Source of the DNA: Alphaproteobacteria bacterium
GTDB lineage: Bacteria > Pseudomonadota > Alphaproteobacteria > Micropepsales > Micropepsaceae
Assembly: GCA_947379335.1 (NCBI GenBank)
Contig: CANCMM010000001.1
Location: forward strand, 1-37,156
Direction: 5' to 3'
Length of the DNA: 37,156 bases
Part shown: positions 17,274 through 26,255 of the stretch, piece by piece
Position numbering within the stretch: position 1 is the stretch's first letter
Layout of the letters: each line of letters starts with the position of its first letter
Notes under the pieces: model-generated
Seen by the model: the letters and a program-made list of their open reading frames with translations, nothing else
Databases searched by the model: none
What the model was told of the DNA's origin: nothing
Program-made: the position numbers and the translations under genes

Positions 17274-18415
17274 TGGAACGCATTCGCACCGCGGTGATCG
17301 GCACCGGCTTCATGGGCCGGGTGCATCTGGAAGCGCTGCGCCGCATCGAACATGTCGATGTGGTGGAAGTGGCCGCCACCAGTTCTGACAAGGCGCGCGC
17401 CGCCGCCGAAGGATACAATGTGCTGAACAGCACGGGCGACTGGCAGGACGTGATGCGCGATCCGTCCATCGACGCTGTGCATGTCTGCACGCCGAACGAT
17501 TCCCATTTCCCCATCGCCAAAGCGGCTCTGGAAGCGGGCAAGCATGTGCTGTGCGAAAAGCCGCTGGCCATGTCCAGCGCGCAAGCACGCGAGCTGACCG
17601 AGCTGGCGGCGGCAAAGAAACTGCGCAACGCGCTGTGCCACAATCTGCGCTTCTATCCGATGGTGCAGCAGATGCGCGCCATGCGCGAGGCCGGCGCCTT
17701 TGGCGAGATATTGGTGGTTCAGGGCACCTATTCCCAGGACTGGATGTTGTACGAAACCGATTGGAACTGGCGCGTCGATCCTAAGGTCAGCGGGCCGTCA
17801 CGGGTGATGGCCGATATCGGCTCGCACTTCTTCGACATGGCCGAGCATGTCACCGGGTTGAAGGTTTCTTCGGTGTGCAGCGATCTGCAGATTTTTTACC
17901 CGACCCGCAAGCAGCCCAAAGGCGGCGGCGAGACATTCTCCGGCAAGACGGTTGGCGAGACCAGTGATGTCAGGATCGTCACCGAGGATTTCGGCGCCAC
18001 CCTGTTCAGGATGGGCAAGGCGCGCGGCGCCATGACCGCCAGCCAGGTTTCCGCCGGACGCAAAAACGGTTTGGTGCTGGAAATCTACGGCACCAAGGGC
18101 GGCGCCACCTGGCGGCAGGAAACACCTGAGGAATTGTGGTTGGGCCATCGCGATGCGCCCAACCAGGTGCTGATGAAAGACCCATCACTGCTGGACGGGA
18201 AAGCTGCCGCCTTTGCCGATTATCCCGGCGGCCATGCCGAAGGCTATCCCGACACTCACAAGCAGCTTTACCGGCGATTCTACGCCTCAATCAGCGATCC
18301 GGCGCTGACGCCGGACTATCCGCAATTCGCCGATGGCCTACGGCAGATGAAGATCCTGGACGCGGAACTGGCCAGCCACAAGTCGCGCGCCTGGATGGAC
18401 GTCGCTACCAGCTAA
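17273..18415 (+). CDS. Gfo/Idh/MocA family NAD(P)-dependent oxidoreductase
   Basis: TGATG stop/start overlap; IGTGFMG, VHVCTPN..H, GKHVLCEKP, NLRFYP, DIGSHFFD. Confidence 0.93.
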   Translation: MERIRTAVIGTGFMGRVHLEALRRIEHVDVVEVAATSSDKARAAAEGYNVLNSTGDWQDVMRDPSIDAVHVCTPNDSHFPIAKAALEAGKHVLCEKPLAMSSAQARELTELAAAKKLRNALCHNLRFYPMVQQMRAMREAGAFGEILVVQGTYSQDWMLYETDWNWRVDPKVSGPSRVMADIGSHFFDMAEHVTGLKVSSVCSDLQIFYPTRKQPKGGGETFSGKTVGETSDVRIVTEDFGATLFRMGKARGAMTASQVSAGRKNGLVLEIYGTKGGATWRQETPEELWLGHRDAPNQVLMKDPSLLDGKAAAFADYPGGHAEGYPDTHKQLYRRFYASISDPALTPDYPQFADGLRQMKILDAELASHKSRAWMDVATS

Positions 18416-20042
18416 GCTGGATCAGCGACACGGCATGGCGCGGCATGTCGGTGGCAATCGTCACCGCACCGCCTTCCGCCGCCATCCAGCGCGGTGATTC
18501 CAGGAGCTGCAGCCCCGCCCTGGCTTTCAGTTCGGCGATCTGCTCGGGGCTGGGCTTCTGCGGCGAGCCCATTGCCTTCCACACCGTATAGGCGTTGGAG
18601 TGGGTGTCGTCGATCCGGTAATGGGTCACCAGCACGCGCGGCGCCGCTTTGGGCAAGCCCGCGACGCGAACGCTGACCGGCGTGGACGCGGCGGTTTTTT
18701 CCTCGTCATGATAATTCCACATCATCACCGCCGCTTCGCGGCCCTTTGCGGTCGCCAGTGCATCAATGTCGGGCGCGGCTCCAACGCCATTCGCCATCAT
18801 CGCATCCAGCGCCACCGCACCGTCGCTGGCGGTTGACACGCGCGTGCCCTTCATCAGAGCCGCCATGCGGAAGAAATTCAGCACCGGCTTGTCGATGGTG
18901 TTGGTGGAAAGCGAGCGGAACCCTTCGAAATAATCCTTGTTCTCGAACTCGAACGACCAGCTCAGCATGGAAATCAGGTTGGCCTTGCGGCGCGCTTCCA
19001 GGTCCAGCAGCCCCTTGTAGGCGGCGGCGGTGTAAGACGGATACAGCGTACCGTTGCGATAGCCATTGGCCGGATTGACCTTCATGGAACAGGCGGCGCA
19101 GCCTTCCGGATCGGCTTCGCTGAGAATGATCGGCAGCTTAGACATGCCGTGGCGGGCCACGATCTCGAAGCCCTTGTCCACGTCGTTCAGTTCCTTGGCC
19201 AGGCCCATCGTGACCGCGCCATTCTGGATGCGCGGCTGGCCCTTGGCATGGAAGGAAATGAAATCCAGCGGCACCTTGGCAGCGGTGACATGGCCCAGAA
19301 AATCATCCAGGAATTTGTAGGCCTTGGGATTGCCCGGGCCGGTTGTGGCAGGCCCGCCCACCAGCGCGCCCGGCAGCGCGGCGCGCACACCCGCCACCGC
19401 GGTATCATAAAGCCGCCAATATTCCTCTGGCGTGCCATGCCAGTAATCGATGTCCGGCTCGTTCCACACTTCGAAATACCAGCCGCGCACGGTGTCGGCG
19501 CCATAGCGTTGGACCAGGTGCGCCGTGACCACCCGTACCAGTTCCTGCCACTTGGCGTAATCCTTGGGCGGCGCCTGCACACTGCCCGAGGTGGTGCGGC
19601 CGGGATAATGCACATGATAGTCATTGGTGCCGCTGGTGAGGTCCTTGGGCATGAAGCCCAGCTCCACCATCGGCACCACACGAGCGGCTTTATATTCGTC
19701 GAAGATACCGTCCAGGATGGTGAAATCGTAAATGGGTTTGCCGGACGCATCCTCGCGATAGACATTGGTTGAGCTCCATTTCAGCTCCGGCGTACCATCG
19801 CCGCTGGTGAAAAGATGGTGCGCCCGCACAGTGACCGGCACGGGACTGAGATCATGCAATTCGCGCAGCAAAATCTTGCCATCATGGCCGGTGGTGAAAT
19901 TGGCTTCATCATAGCCGAACCAGGCATAGACCGGCCGGTAGGGCGCCAGCTTGTGGGCCAAATCCACCTTGATGCTGACCGGCTGCGCCGCTGCACTGCC
20001 ACAAGCCAGCATCGCGGCCAGCACCAAAGACTGAAGTCGCAT
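18405..20042 (-). CDS. Secreted glycoside hydrolase family 39 (beta-xylosidase-like)
   Basis: Start MRLQSLVLAA after GGGAGGGG RBS; signal peptide; VELGFMP, WYFEVWNEPD (acid/base), DFISFHAKG, IILSEADP (nucleophile), IDDTHSNAYTVWKAMGSP. Confidence 0.9.
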   Translation of the reverse strand: MRLQSLVLAAMLACGSAAAQPVSIKVDLAHKLAPYRPVYAWFGYDEANFTTGHDGKILLRELHDLSPVPVTVRAHHLFTSGDGTPELKWSSTNVYREDASGKPIYDFTILDGIFDEYKAARVVPMVELGFMPKDLTSGTNDYHVHYPGRTTSGSVQAPPKDYAKWQELVRVVTAHLVQRYGADTVRGWYFEVWNEPDIDYWHGTPEEYWRLYDTAVAGVRAALPGALVGGPATTGPGNPKAYKFLDDFLGHVTAAKVPLDFISFHAKGQPRIQNGAVTMGLAKELNDVDKGFEIVARHGMSKLPIILSEADPEGCAACSMKVNPANGYRNGTLYPSYTAAAYKGLLDLEARRKANLISMLSWSFEFENKDYFEGFRSLSTNTIDKPVLNFFRMAALMKGTRVSTASDGAVALDAMMANGVGAAPDIDALATAKGREAAVMMWNYHDEEKTAASTPVSVRVAGLPKAAPRVLVTHYRIDDTHSNAYTVWKAMGSPQKPSPEQIAELKARAGLQLLESPRWMAAEGGAVTIATDMPRHAVSLIQLSW

Positions 20043-20112
20043 GACCCCTCCCATACCGCGTCTGTCGTGCGCGTGTAGGCCCATGCTAACCTGCGGCCGG
20101 GGAAGAATCGCC

Positions 20113-21075
20113 ATGAAAAAAATACTGACTTTGCTGCTGTTTATGACGGGTCCCGCAGGCGCAGCTCCGTCCAGCTATCCGGCTCCCTCTTATCCAGAAT
20201 GGGCTTATGCCGTGCCCACGCCGCAGAATGAAGCCACTGTACCCAAGGACGACGGCGCCAAATTCGCCCTGACCGGCGCGGCCGGTCCTTTCACCCGCGG
20301 CCAGACGGCGGGCGCCAACCACACCCCGCCCGCCGACTGGTATCCGGGCGATCATCCGGCGATGCCAAAACTGATCGCGGGCGGCGACGTGGCACGCGGG
20401 ATCACCGCCTGTGCCGGCTGCCACTATCCCAACGGCAAGGGCCGGCCGCAGAACGCCAATATCGCCGGGCTGAATGCCGATTATCTGGCGCGCCAGTTGC
20501 GGGAGTTCAAATCGGGCGCGCGCCGCAGTGCCGAGCCGCGCAAGAAGAACGCCCAGCAGATGGTGGATTTCGCCAAAGCCATGACCGATGCCGAAATCAC
20601 CGAGGCGGCAGCTTATTATGGCGCCCTGCCGCCCACCGTGCCGATCAAGGTGGTGCAGACCGCCGCCGTGCCGCAGATGCGCAGCCAGGAGGGCATGTGG
20701 CTGCCGCATGAAAGCGGTGCGCGCGAGCCCATCGGCGTGCGGATCATCGAAACACCGACCGATGTGGACCGCGAGCAATTGCGCGATCCCCGTGCCGGCT
20801 TCATCGCCTATGTCCCAAACGGCGCTCTCGCGAAAGGCAAGCGGCTGGCTGCCAAGCTGGGCTGCGCCGGCTGCCATGGGACGCGCCTGACCGGCGCCGA
20901 TGCGCCCGGCATTGCCGGCCGCTCGCCCAGTTATCTGGCGCGGCAATTGTACGACTTCCAGCAGGGCACGCGGCATGGCGAGATGGCGGCGGCGATGCAG
21001 CCGGTTGCCGCAAAGCTGACCGCCGCCGATATCGTCAACCTCACGGCCTTTGCCGCGTCCCTTCCGGTGAAATGA
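20113..21075 (+). CDS. Di-haem c-type cytochrome (c4/c553-like)
   Basis: Signal peptide MKKILTLLLFMTGPAGA; two CAGCH motifs, each followed by IAG....YLARQL..F..G.R and a distal Met. Confidence 0.9.
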   Translation: MKKILTLLLFMTGPAGAAPSSYPAPSYPEWAYAVPTPQNEATVPKDDGAKFALTGAAGPFTRGQTAGANHTPPADWYPGDHPAMPKLIAGGDVARGITACAGCHYPNGKGRPQNANIAGLNADYLARQLREFKSGARRSAEPRKKNAQQMVDFAKAMTDAEITEAAAYYGALPPTVPIKVVQTAAVPQMRSQEGMWLPHESGAREPIGVRIIETPTDVDREQLRDPRAGFIAYVPNGALAKGKRLAAKLGCAGCHGTRLTGADAPGIAGRSPSYLARQLYDFQQGTRHGEMAAAMQPVAAKLTAADIVNLTAFAASLPVK

Positions 21076-22070
21076 TGACCAAACCTGTGGTGGCGATCAC
21101 CTTCGGCGATGCCAGCGGCATCGGGCCGGAACTGGTGGCAAAATTCCTGACCCGCCCGGAAATCTCGGCGGCGCAAATCGTTCTGGTGGGCGATGCCTGG
21201 GTTTGGGCGCAAGGCCAGAAGACCGCCAGCGTGTCGCCGCCCATAAAGGTCATCAAGAATTGGTCGGACGCGCGGGGTGGCGACGGCACGCCGATGCTAC
21301 TGGAAATGCAGACGGTCGCGCAGAGCGACATCGTTCAGGGGCAAGTCACGGCGGCGGCAGGACGCGGCGCGCGACTGGCCCTCACCGCCTGCCTGGATGC
21401 CGCTGTGCGCGGCGATATTGATGCCGTCTGCTTTGCGCCGCTGAACAAGCAGGCGATGAAGAAAGGCGGCATGGCGTTCGAGGACGAACAGCATTTCTTC
21501 GCCGATCACCTGGGCGTCACCGGCTATTTCTGCGAGTTCAACACGCTTGGCACCCTTTGGACTTCGCGCATTTCCAGCCACATCCCGCTGGCCGACATTC
21601 CCAAATATGTCACCAAGGACCGCATCAAGGCGGCGGCGCGGCTGACCTTCCAGACCCTGAAGCGCGCTGGTTTCACCCAGCCGCGGGTGGCGCTGGCGGC
21701 GCTCAATCCCCATGGCGGCGATGGCGGCACCTGCGGGCGCGAAGAAATCGACATCATCGAGCCGGCGGCGCGTGAATTGAATGAGGAAGGCCTGCCCATC
21801 CTGGGACCCTTCCCCGCCGACACCATCTTCCTGAAGGCGCGCGACGGCCTGCTCGACAGCATCGTCACCATGTATCACGACCAGGGCCAGGTGGCGGTCA
21901 AGCTGCTGGGGTTTGAGCGCGGCGTCACTGTGGCCGGCGGCCTGCCGGTGCCGATCACCACGCCGGCGCATGGCACCGCGTTTGATATCGTGGGCCAGGG
22001 CAAGGCCAACGCCGAAGCCATGACCCAGGCCTTCCTGCTGGCGGCCAAGATGGGCGCCGCCGCTAAGTAA
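21072..22070 (+). CDS. PdxA-family oxidative decarboxylase/dehydrogenase (atypical; probably not the vitamin B6 enzyme)
   Basis: GDASGIGPE, APLNK, SSHIPL, LNPHGG..G..GREE, GPFPADTIF, MYHDQG, TTPAHGTAFDIVG.G.A. Start overlaps the cytochrome stop. Confidence 0.88.
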   Translation: MMTKPVVAITFGDASGIGPELVAKFLTRPEISAAQIVLVGDAWVWAQGQKTASVSPPIKVIKNWSDARGGDGTPMLLEMQTVAQSDIVQGQVTAAAGRGARLALTACLDAAVRGDIDAVCFAPLNKQAMKKGGMAFEDEQHFFADHLGVTGYFCEFNTLGTLWTSRISSHIPLADIPKYVTKDRIKAAARLTFQTLKRAGFTQPRVALAALNPHGGDGGTCGREEIDIIEPAARELNEEGLPILGPFPADTIFLKARDGLLDSIVTMYHDQGQVAVKLLGFERGVTVAGGLPVPITTPAHGTAFDIVGQGKANAEAMTQAFLLAAKMGAAAK

Positions 22071-23172
22071 TGTGGGCTTCGGCCTGCAGCAGGGCGCGGA
22101 TGTAACCGAAATCGAAGGCGTAGCTTTCGTTGGGGCCGCTGGGATTGTCCTTGAAGCGCGGTGCATGGTCGGGCATCAGCAGCCCATCATAGCCGACTTC
22201 GCGATAGACCTTCACCGCGCGCACGAAATCCACATCGCCCTCGTCCGGAAAGGTCTCGACGAAATCGTCGCGCTTGCCCCGGATGTTGCGGAAATGGACG
22301 TTGAAGATTTTCCCGCGTGAGCCGAAGTAACGGATGACGTCGAAGATTTCCGCAGCTGGATTCTGCAGCATTTCCGACATGGTGCCCTGGCAGAAATTCA
22401 GCCCATGATAGGGATTTTCGTGGATGGCGACGAAGCGCTTGACGCCCTCCACCGTGCCCAGCACCCGTTGGATGCCCCGGTAGCCTGACGGCGGCACACC
22501 CGGGTCATGGGGATGCAGCGCCAGCTTGACCTTGTATTCGGCAGCCACCGGCACCACCCGCTCCAGGAAATAGGTGATGCGTTCCCAGAACACATCGCCC
22601 GGCACCATACCCGCCTTGGTCAGCGGCAGATCCTTGGGCGCGTCCGCCAGTTTCCAGGACGTATATAAAGCATCGCCCCGGCCCTGGACGGTGCCGCTGC
22701 GCATGGCGCCCAGCAAATTCAGCGCATACTTGATGCAGGGGATGCCCGCCGCCGCGACATTCTTGATGTGGGTCTGGAAGCCCTCGATATCGCGGTCGCG
22801 CTGCGGGCCCATCCCCAGGTTGACGGCGGGATGCTCCTGGCTGTCGACATTCTGGGTCGGCAACGCGCATTCGGCGATGTCCATGGTCAGCTTGTGGCGC
22901 TCGCACAGGTCACGCGCCGTCTTAAGCTCATCCACCGTGGCATAGACGCGGGTGGGATCGGCCATCTGGGCAGTGCAGCCCACGCCATCCACCCCAAAGC
23001 GCGCCAGATAGGCGGCGGCCTTGTCGGTCAGGATGCCCTGCATCTCATGGCCGACACGCGCCTTAACGGGCTTCAGCGGCGCTTTGCGCGCGGGTGCGGC
23101 TTGCGCGGCGGGCACGAGGGGCACGGCGGCGGCCACCCCTAAGGCCGTGACAAAGCGGCGGCGATTTTCCAT
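22063..23172 (-). CDS. Mannonate dehydratase (UxuA)-family protein with twin-arginine leader
   Basis: FLERVVPVA..YKVKLALHPHDP, GLNFCQGT, FNVHFRNI, FVETFPDEGDVD, LMPDHAP. N-terminus MENRRRFVTALGVAAAVPLVPAAQA. AGGAG RBS. Confidence 0.87.
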   Translation of the reverse strand: MENRRRFVTALGVAAAVPLVPAAQAAPARKAPLKPVKARVGHEMQGILTDKAAAYLARFGVDGVGCTAQMADPTRVYATVDELKTARDLCERHKLTMDIAECALPTQNVDSQEHPAVNLGMGPQRDRDIEGFQTHIKNVAAAGIPCIKYALNLLGAMRSGTVQGRGDALYTSWKLADAPKDLPLTKAGMVPGDVFWERITYFLERVVPVAAEYKVKLALHPHDPGVPPSGYRGIQRVLGTVEGVKRFVAIHENPYHGLNFCQGTMSEMLQNPAAEIFDVIRYFGSRGKIFNVHFRNIRGKRDDFVETFPDEGDVDFVRAVKVYREVGYDGLLMPDHAPRFKDNPSGPNESYAFDFGYIRALLQAEAHIT

Positions 23173-23181
23173 CACAAACTC

Positions 23182-24264
23182 CTATTTCGGGCCGGGCAAG
23201 GTCCGGTATGCCGCGCGGTCCATCTGGAACGAGCTGATCCACAACGTGTCGCCGATCACCAGTCCGGTGGCGATGCCGCCGAAAGCCGGATTGGGTTCGC
23301 CATAGGCCAATATCTTCCGGGTCATGGCCTTGGGGTCCAGCTGCGACACCACCCAGCCGCGATGGCAATTCATGTTGCCATGCGCGTCCTGGATTTGTTT
23401 GCGGGTGCCGCCGCAGGCCGGCTCGTCGAACATCATGCCCGCCGCGATCAGCCGGTTTCCGCTCCAATGGATATTGTCCAGATTGTACCAGGGCGTCTTG
23501 ATGGTGCGCGCCGGTTTGCTGGTGTCGGCGCGGTTGTAAATCGCCACCGTCTGGGTGCCAGAGACAGCGATGTAGAACTCCGTCTCATCCGGCGAAATCT
23601 CGATGCCGTTGTTGCCGGGCAGTTCGGTGCCGGGCAGCAGGCGGAGCTTCTTCTCCGCGGGCGTCCATTCCCACACCCCGCCGGTGACGTTACCGCTGAT
23701 GAAGTCGGTGGCGGTCCCGTGCATCTGCACATCGGCCAGGATGGTACCGTCCTTCGCCGCCGTCACGCTGTTGGTCTTGAAATCGGCCGGCAGCTTGACG
23801 CAGCCCGTCCAGCTGATCGCCGGCTCGAGCCCTCGCCCATCCACGGCAAAGATCTGGATGCTTTCGAACGGCGCATGGGTGACCGAATACAGCGTGTAGG
23901 TGCCGGCCACGGCGGCCGGCCGCAGCGCCAGGCCGTGGCTGTTGAAGCTGGCGGGCGCGCTGGCACAGTCCGGATACAGTTTGCGGTCCGCCTTCACTGC
24001 GCCGGTGAAAAAGCGCTTGGCCGTCTTGGCCTGGCTGTCGATCAGGAAAATGCCGCCATGGTCGCCCATGCCGCTGGCGATGATCCATTTACCGGCGCCG
24101 ATCTGCAGCAGGTCTTCCGGCTGATCCAGGCCGCAAACGAAGTTCAGCCCCATGGACGGGGCGCAAGGCGCGGACTCGGTGGCGGGATGGGGCACGCCTT
24201 GCGGCGCTTGCGCAAAAGCAGCCAGCGGCAGCAGCAAGGCTGCGGCGATGGGCAGAACTTTCAT
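23182..24264 (-). CDS. Secreted six-bladed beta-propeller, SMP-30/gluconolactonase/paraoxonase-like
   Basis: Signal peptide; candidate Ca-ligand motifs QPEDL, NSHGL, TNSV, GNNGIEISPD, LDNIHW. Confidence 0.7.
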   Translation of the reverse strand: MKVLPIAAALLLPLAAFAQAPQGVPHPATESAPCAPSMGLNFVCGLDQPEDLLQIGAGKWIIASGMGDHGGIFLIDSQAKTAKRFFTGAVKADRKLYPDCASAPASFNSHGLALRPAAVAGTYTLYSVTHAPFESIQIFAVDGRGLEPAISWTGCVKLPADFKTNSVTAAKDGTILADVQMHGTATDFISGNVTGGVWEWTPAEKKLRLLPGTELPGNNGIEISPDETEFYIAVSGTQTVAIYNRADTSKPARTIKTPWYNLDNIHWSGNRLIAAGMMFDEPACGGTRKQIQDAHGNMNCHRGWVVSQLDPKAMTRKILAYGEPNPAFGGIATGLVIGDTLWISSFQMDRAAYRTLPGPK

Positions 24265-24296
24265 GGCGCTTCCCCTTTTTGCGGGAAGCCTAGCCG

Positions 24297-25202
24297 TTAT
24301 TTGGGTGGCGGCAAATCGCCCAGTGCCGCCAGATCAGGCCGGACGCTCACCGTATCGGCGGTGGGAAAGCTGCGTGGCACGCGCTGGGTGACGCGCCCGG
24401 TCGCCGCCCATTCGGTGCCGCGCTGGAAGGTCACGGCAAACCCAACACAGGCCAGGGCCGCCGCGTCATGGCCCATGGTGGTGTGAAAGATGCGGCCCTT
24501 GCCCCAGCGAAGCGTCATCAGCATGGGCTCGTCAAAACCGGTGCCACGATTGGCGGGGTCGGCATAGGCGGTGGCCAGGACCGTCATGTTCTTCCCCGGC
24601 CCGCGCAGGCGGCCATAAAGCTCGTCCCCGGCATGCATCCAGGCGGGCGGCAGCCCACGCAGGATGGGATGCTGCGGCGCGCGCGCGATGACCTGAAAGG
24701 GCTTGCGCAAGCCATGCTGTCCGGCCGCACCCGGCGCGCTGTCCGATGTCAGCTTGCCGTTCTGGAAATACCAACTGGGGCCGGCCGGCGCGTCGCGTCC
24801 ACGCCAGCCCCCCAACCCCGTCATCTCGTTGAAGGCCGTCCAATCCGGAAAGGCGTTGTCAGCGGCATGCACCACCACCAGCCCGCCGCCATTCTTCACA
24901 TAGGCCTCAAACTCCGCTTTCAGCGGCGCGGGCCAGTCCTGTGCGTCATAGTTGAGCACCACCACCTGATAGGCCGAGAAATCGGGATGGAAACCGGAAA
25001 AGTCGCCATCGGCGGGCGGCGCGCTCACCACAGCCACCGCGAACAGGCCGGTCTCGTCCAGTTCACGCTTCATGACCTGGCTGGTGTGCTTCCAGTCGTG
25101 ATAGGCGGCGGCGCTGGCGCCATCCAGGATCATCACCTTGACCGGGGCCGCAGCGGCGGATGCGCTCCACAGCGCTAATAATGCGGCCAGGAACCACCTC
25201 AT
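24297..25202 (-). CDS. Secreted ThuA-like domain protein
   Basis: Start MRWFLAALL; HDW, YQVVVLNY, YVKNGGGLVVVHAA, HPILRGLP, DELY, WGKGRIFHTTMGH, RGTEWAATG. Confidence 0.85.
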   Translation of the reverse strand: MRWFLAALLALWSASAAAAPVKVMILDGASAAAYHDWKHTSQVMKRELDETGLFAVAVVSAPPADGDFSGFHPDFSAYQVVVLNYDAQDWPAPLKAEFEAYVKNGGGLVVVHAADNAFPDWTAFNEMTGLGGWRGRDAPAGPSWYFQNGKLTSDSAPGAAGQHGLRKPFQVIARAPQHPILRGLPPAWMHAGDELYGRLRGPGKNMTVLATAYADPANRGTGFDEPMLMTLRWGKGRIFHTTMGHDAAALACVGFAVTFQRGTEWAATGRVTQRVPRSFPTADTVSVRPDLAALGDLPPPK

Positions 25203-25203
25203 G

Positions 25204-26151
25204 TCATTTCTCCGGATCGCCGGCGACAAAGGCCGAACAACAGGGCTTGCCGATGGCATGAAGTTCCATCACTTCCGCACGGGTGCCGTCGGGATCCAGG
25301 AGGTTCAGCTGCCATTTGGCATCGCGCCCGATCTTAGGCACCGCCTGCTGGCCCCTGGCATCCACCTGGCCTTTCAGCCGGTCACCGTTCCACAACACGG
25401 TATAGGCCGCTTCCATGTTGGGCACGCCCAGCGCGAAATGATTCAGCACACCCAGGCTGGCCTGGCTCATGGTGGCGGGAATGCCACGCGTGTCCGGCGT
25501 GCCCACGATCATATATTCCAGCCAGTCCGTCCCGCCCGGCACTTGCTGCGAAACCCAGCTGGTCACATCGTCTTTCATGCCGCCGGACCAATAGGGCCGA
25601 AACCCTAATATGTCGCGGTAGAAGCTATCCTCCAGCTTGCGGTCATGGATGATGAAACCGGCATGGATGATGTGGGTGGAAAGCCCGCCATCGGCGATCG
25701 CGGGCGCGGTGGCGGGCGGCTGGACGAATTCAATGATATTGCCTTCCGGATCCTTCACCTGGAACCATTGACTGTCGTTGGCGCCCCGGTTGAGCTTGCG
25801 GGGCACCGCCACGCCTTTGAACATCAGATAGCGGCGCATGCCTTCGGCATCGCTGACATTGAAGGCGGTGTGATCCAGCCGGTTGATACCGCTGCCCGGC
25901 GGCAGGGGCAGTACTTCCACGAATTGCAGCGGCGAAAAATGGTAGCGCGTCCCTGCTTCATTTTCCGCGTCCGGCTGCTTTGCCGCGCCCAGGTCGTGGA
26001 CGTAGAAGCTTTCCGCCTTGGCCGCGTCCGAACTATAGACCGCCAGATGCGACACGCCGGTGATCAGCGGCCGTGCCGGCTGGGCGATCACCGGAGCAGC
26101 GGCCATGAAGAACACAAGCGTCAGGCCTGCCCCGCTCAGTCGTGATTCCAT
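25204..26151 (-). CDS. Secreted two-domain VOC (glyoxalase/bleomycin-resistance/dioxygenase fold) protein
   Basis: Signal-like N-terminus; ITGVSHLAV..FY...LG, LDHTAF, DPEGNIIEF, HIIHAGF..FYRDILGF, NHFALGV, DPDGTRAEVME. Confidence 0.85.
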   Translation of the reverse strand: MESRLSGAGLTLVFFMAAAPVIAQPARPLITGVSHLAVYSSDAAKAESFYVHDLGAAKQPDAENEAGTRYHFSPLQFVEVLPLPPGSGINRLDHTAFNVSDAEGMRRYLMFKGVAVPRKLNRGANDSQWFQVKDPEGNIIEFVQPPATAPAIADGGLSTHIIHAGFIIHDRKLEDSFYRDILGFRPYWSGGMKDDVTSWVSQQVPGGTDWLEYMIVGTPDTRGIPATMSQASLGVLNHFALGVPNMEAAYTVLWNGDRLKGQVDARGQQAVPKIGRDAKWQLNLLDPDGTRAEVMELHAIGKPCCSAFVAGDPEK

Positions 26152-26175
26152 GATGCGCCCCCTGTCCAGGCCGGG

Positions 26176-26203
26176 AGTATAGCGCCTGGCGGCCCGGCGA
26201 CAA
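26176..26203 (-). promoter_or_regulatory. Candidate sigma70-type promoter for the VOC-ThuA-propeller-UxuA genes
   Basis: Minus strand TTGTCG-N16-TATACT (extended GCTATACT), about 25 nt upstream of the VOC start. Confidence 0.45.
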
Positions 26204-26233
26204 AGAAACGGGCGGAGCCAAAGACTCCGCCCG
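26201..26233 (-). terminator. Rho-independent terminator after the TonB-dependent transducer
   Basis: 9-bp stem CGGGCGGAG/CTCCGCCCG (26209-26233) with a 7-nt loop, followed on the minus strand by TTTCTTTG. Confidence 0.75.
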
Positions 26234-26255
26234 AAGCGCCCTAAGGGGAAGCGGG

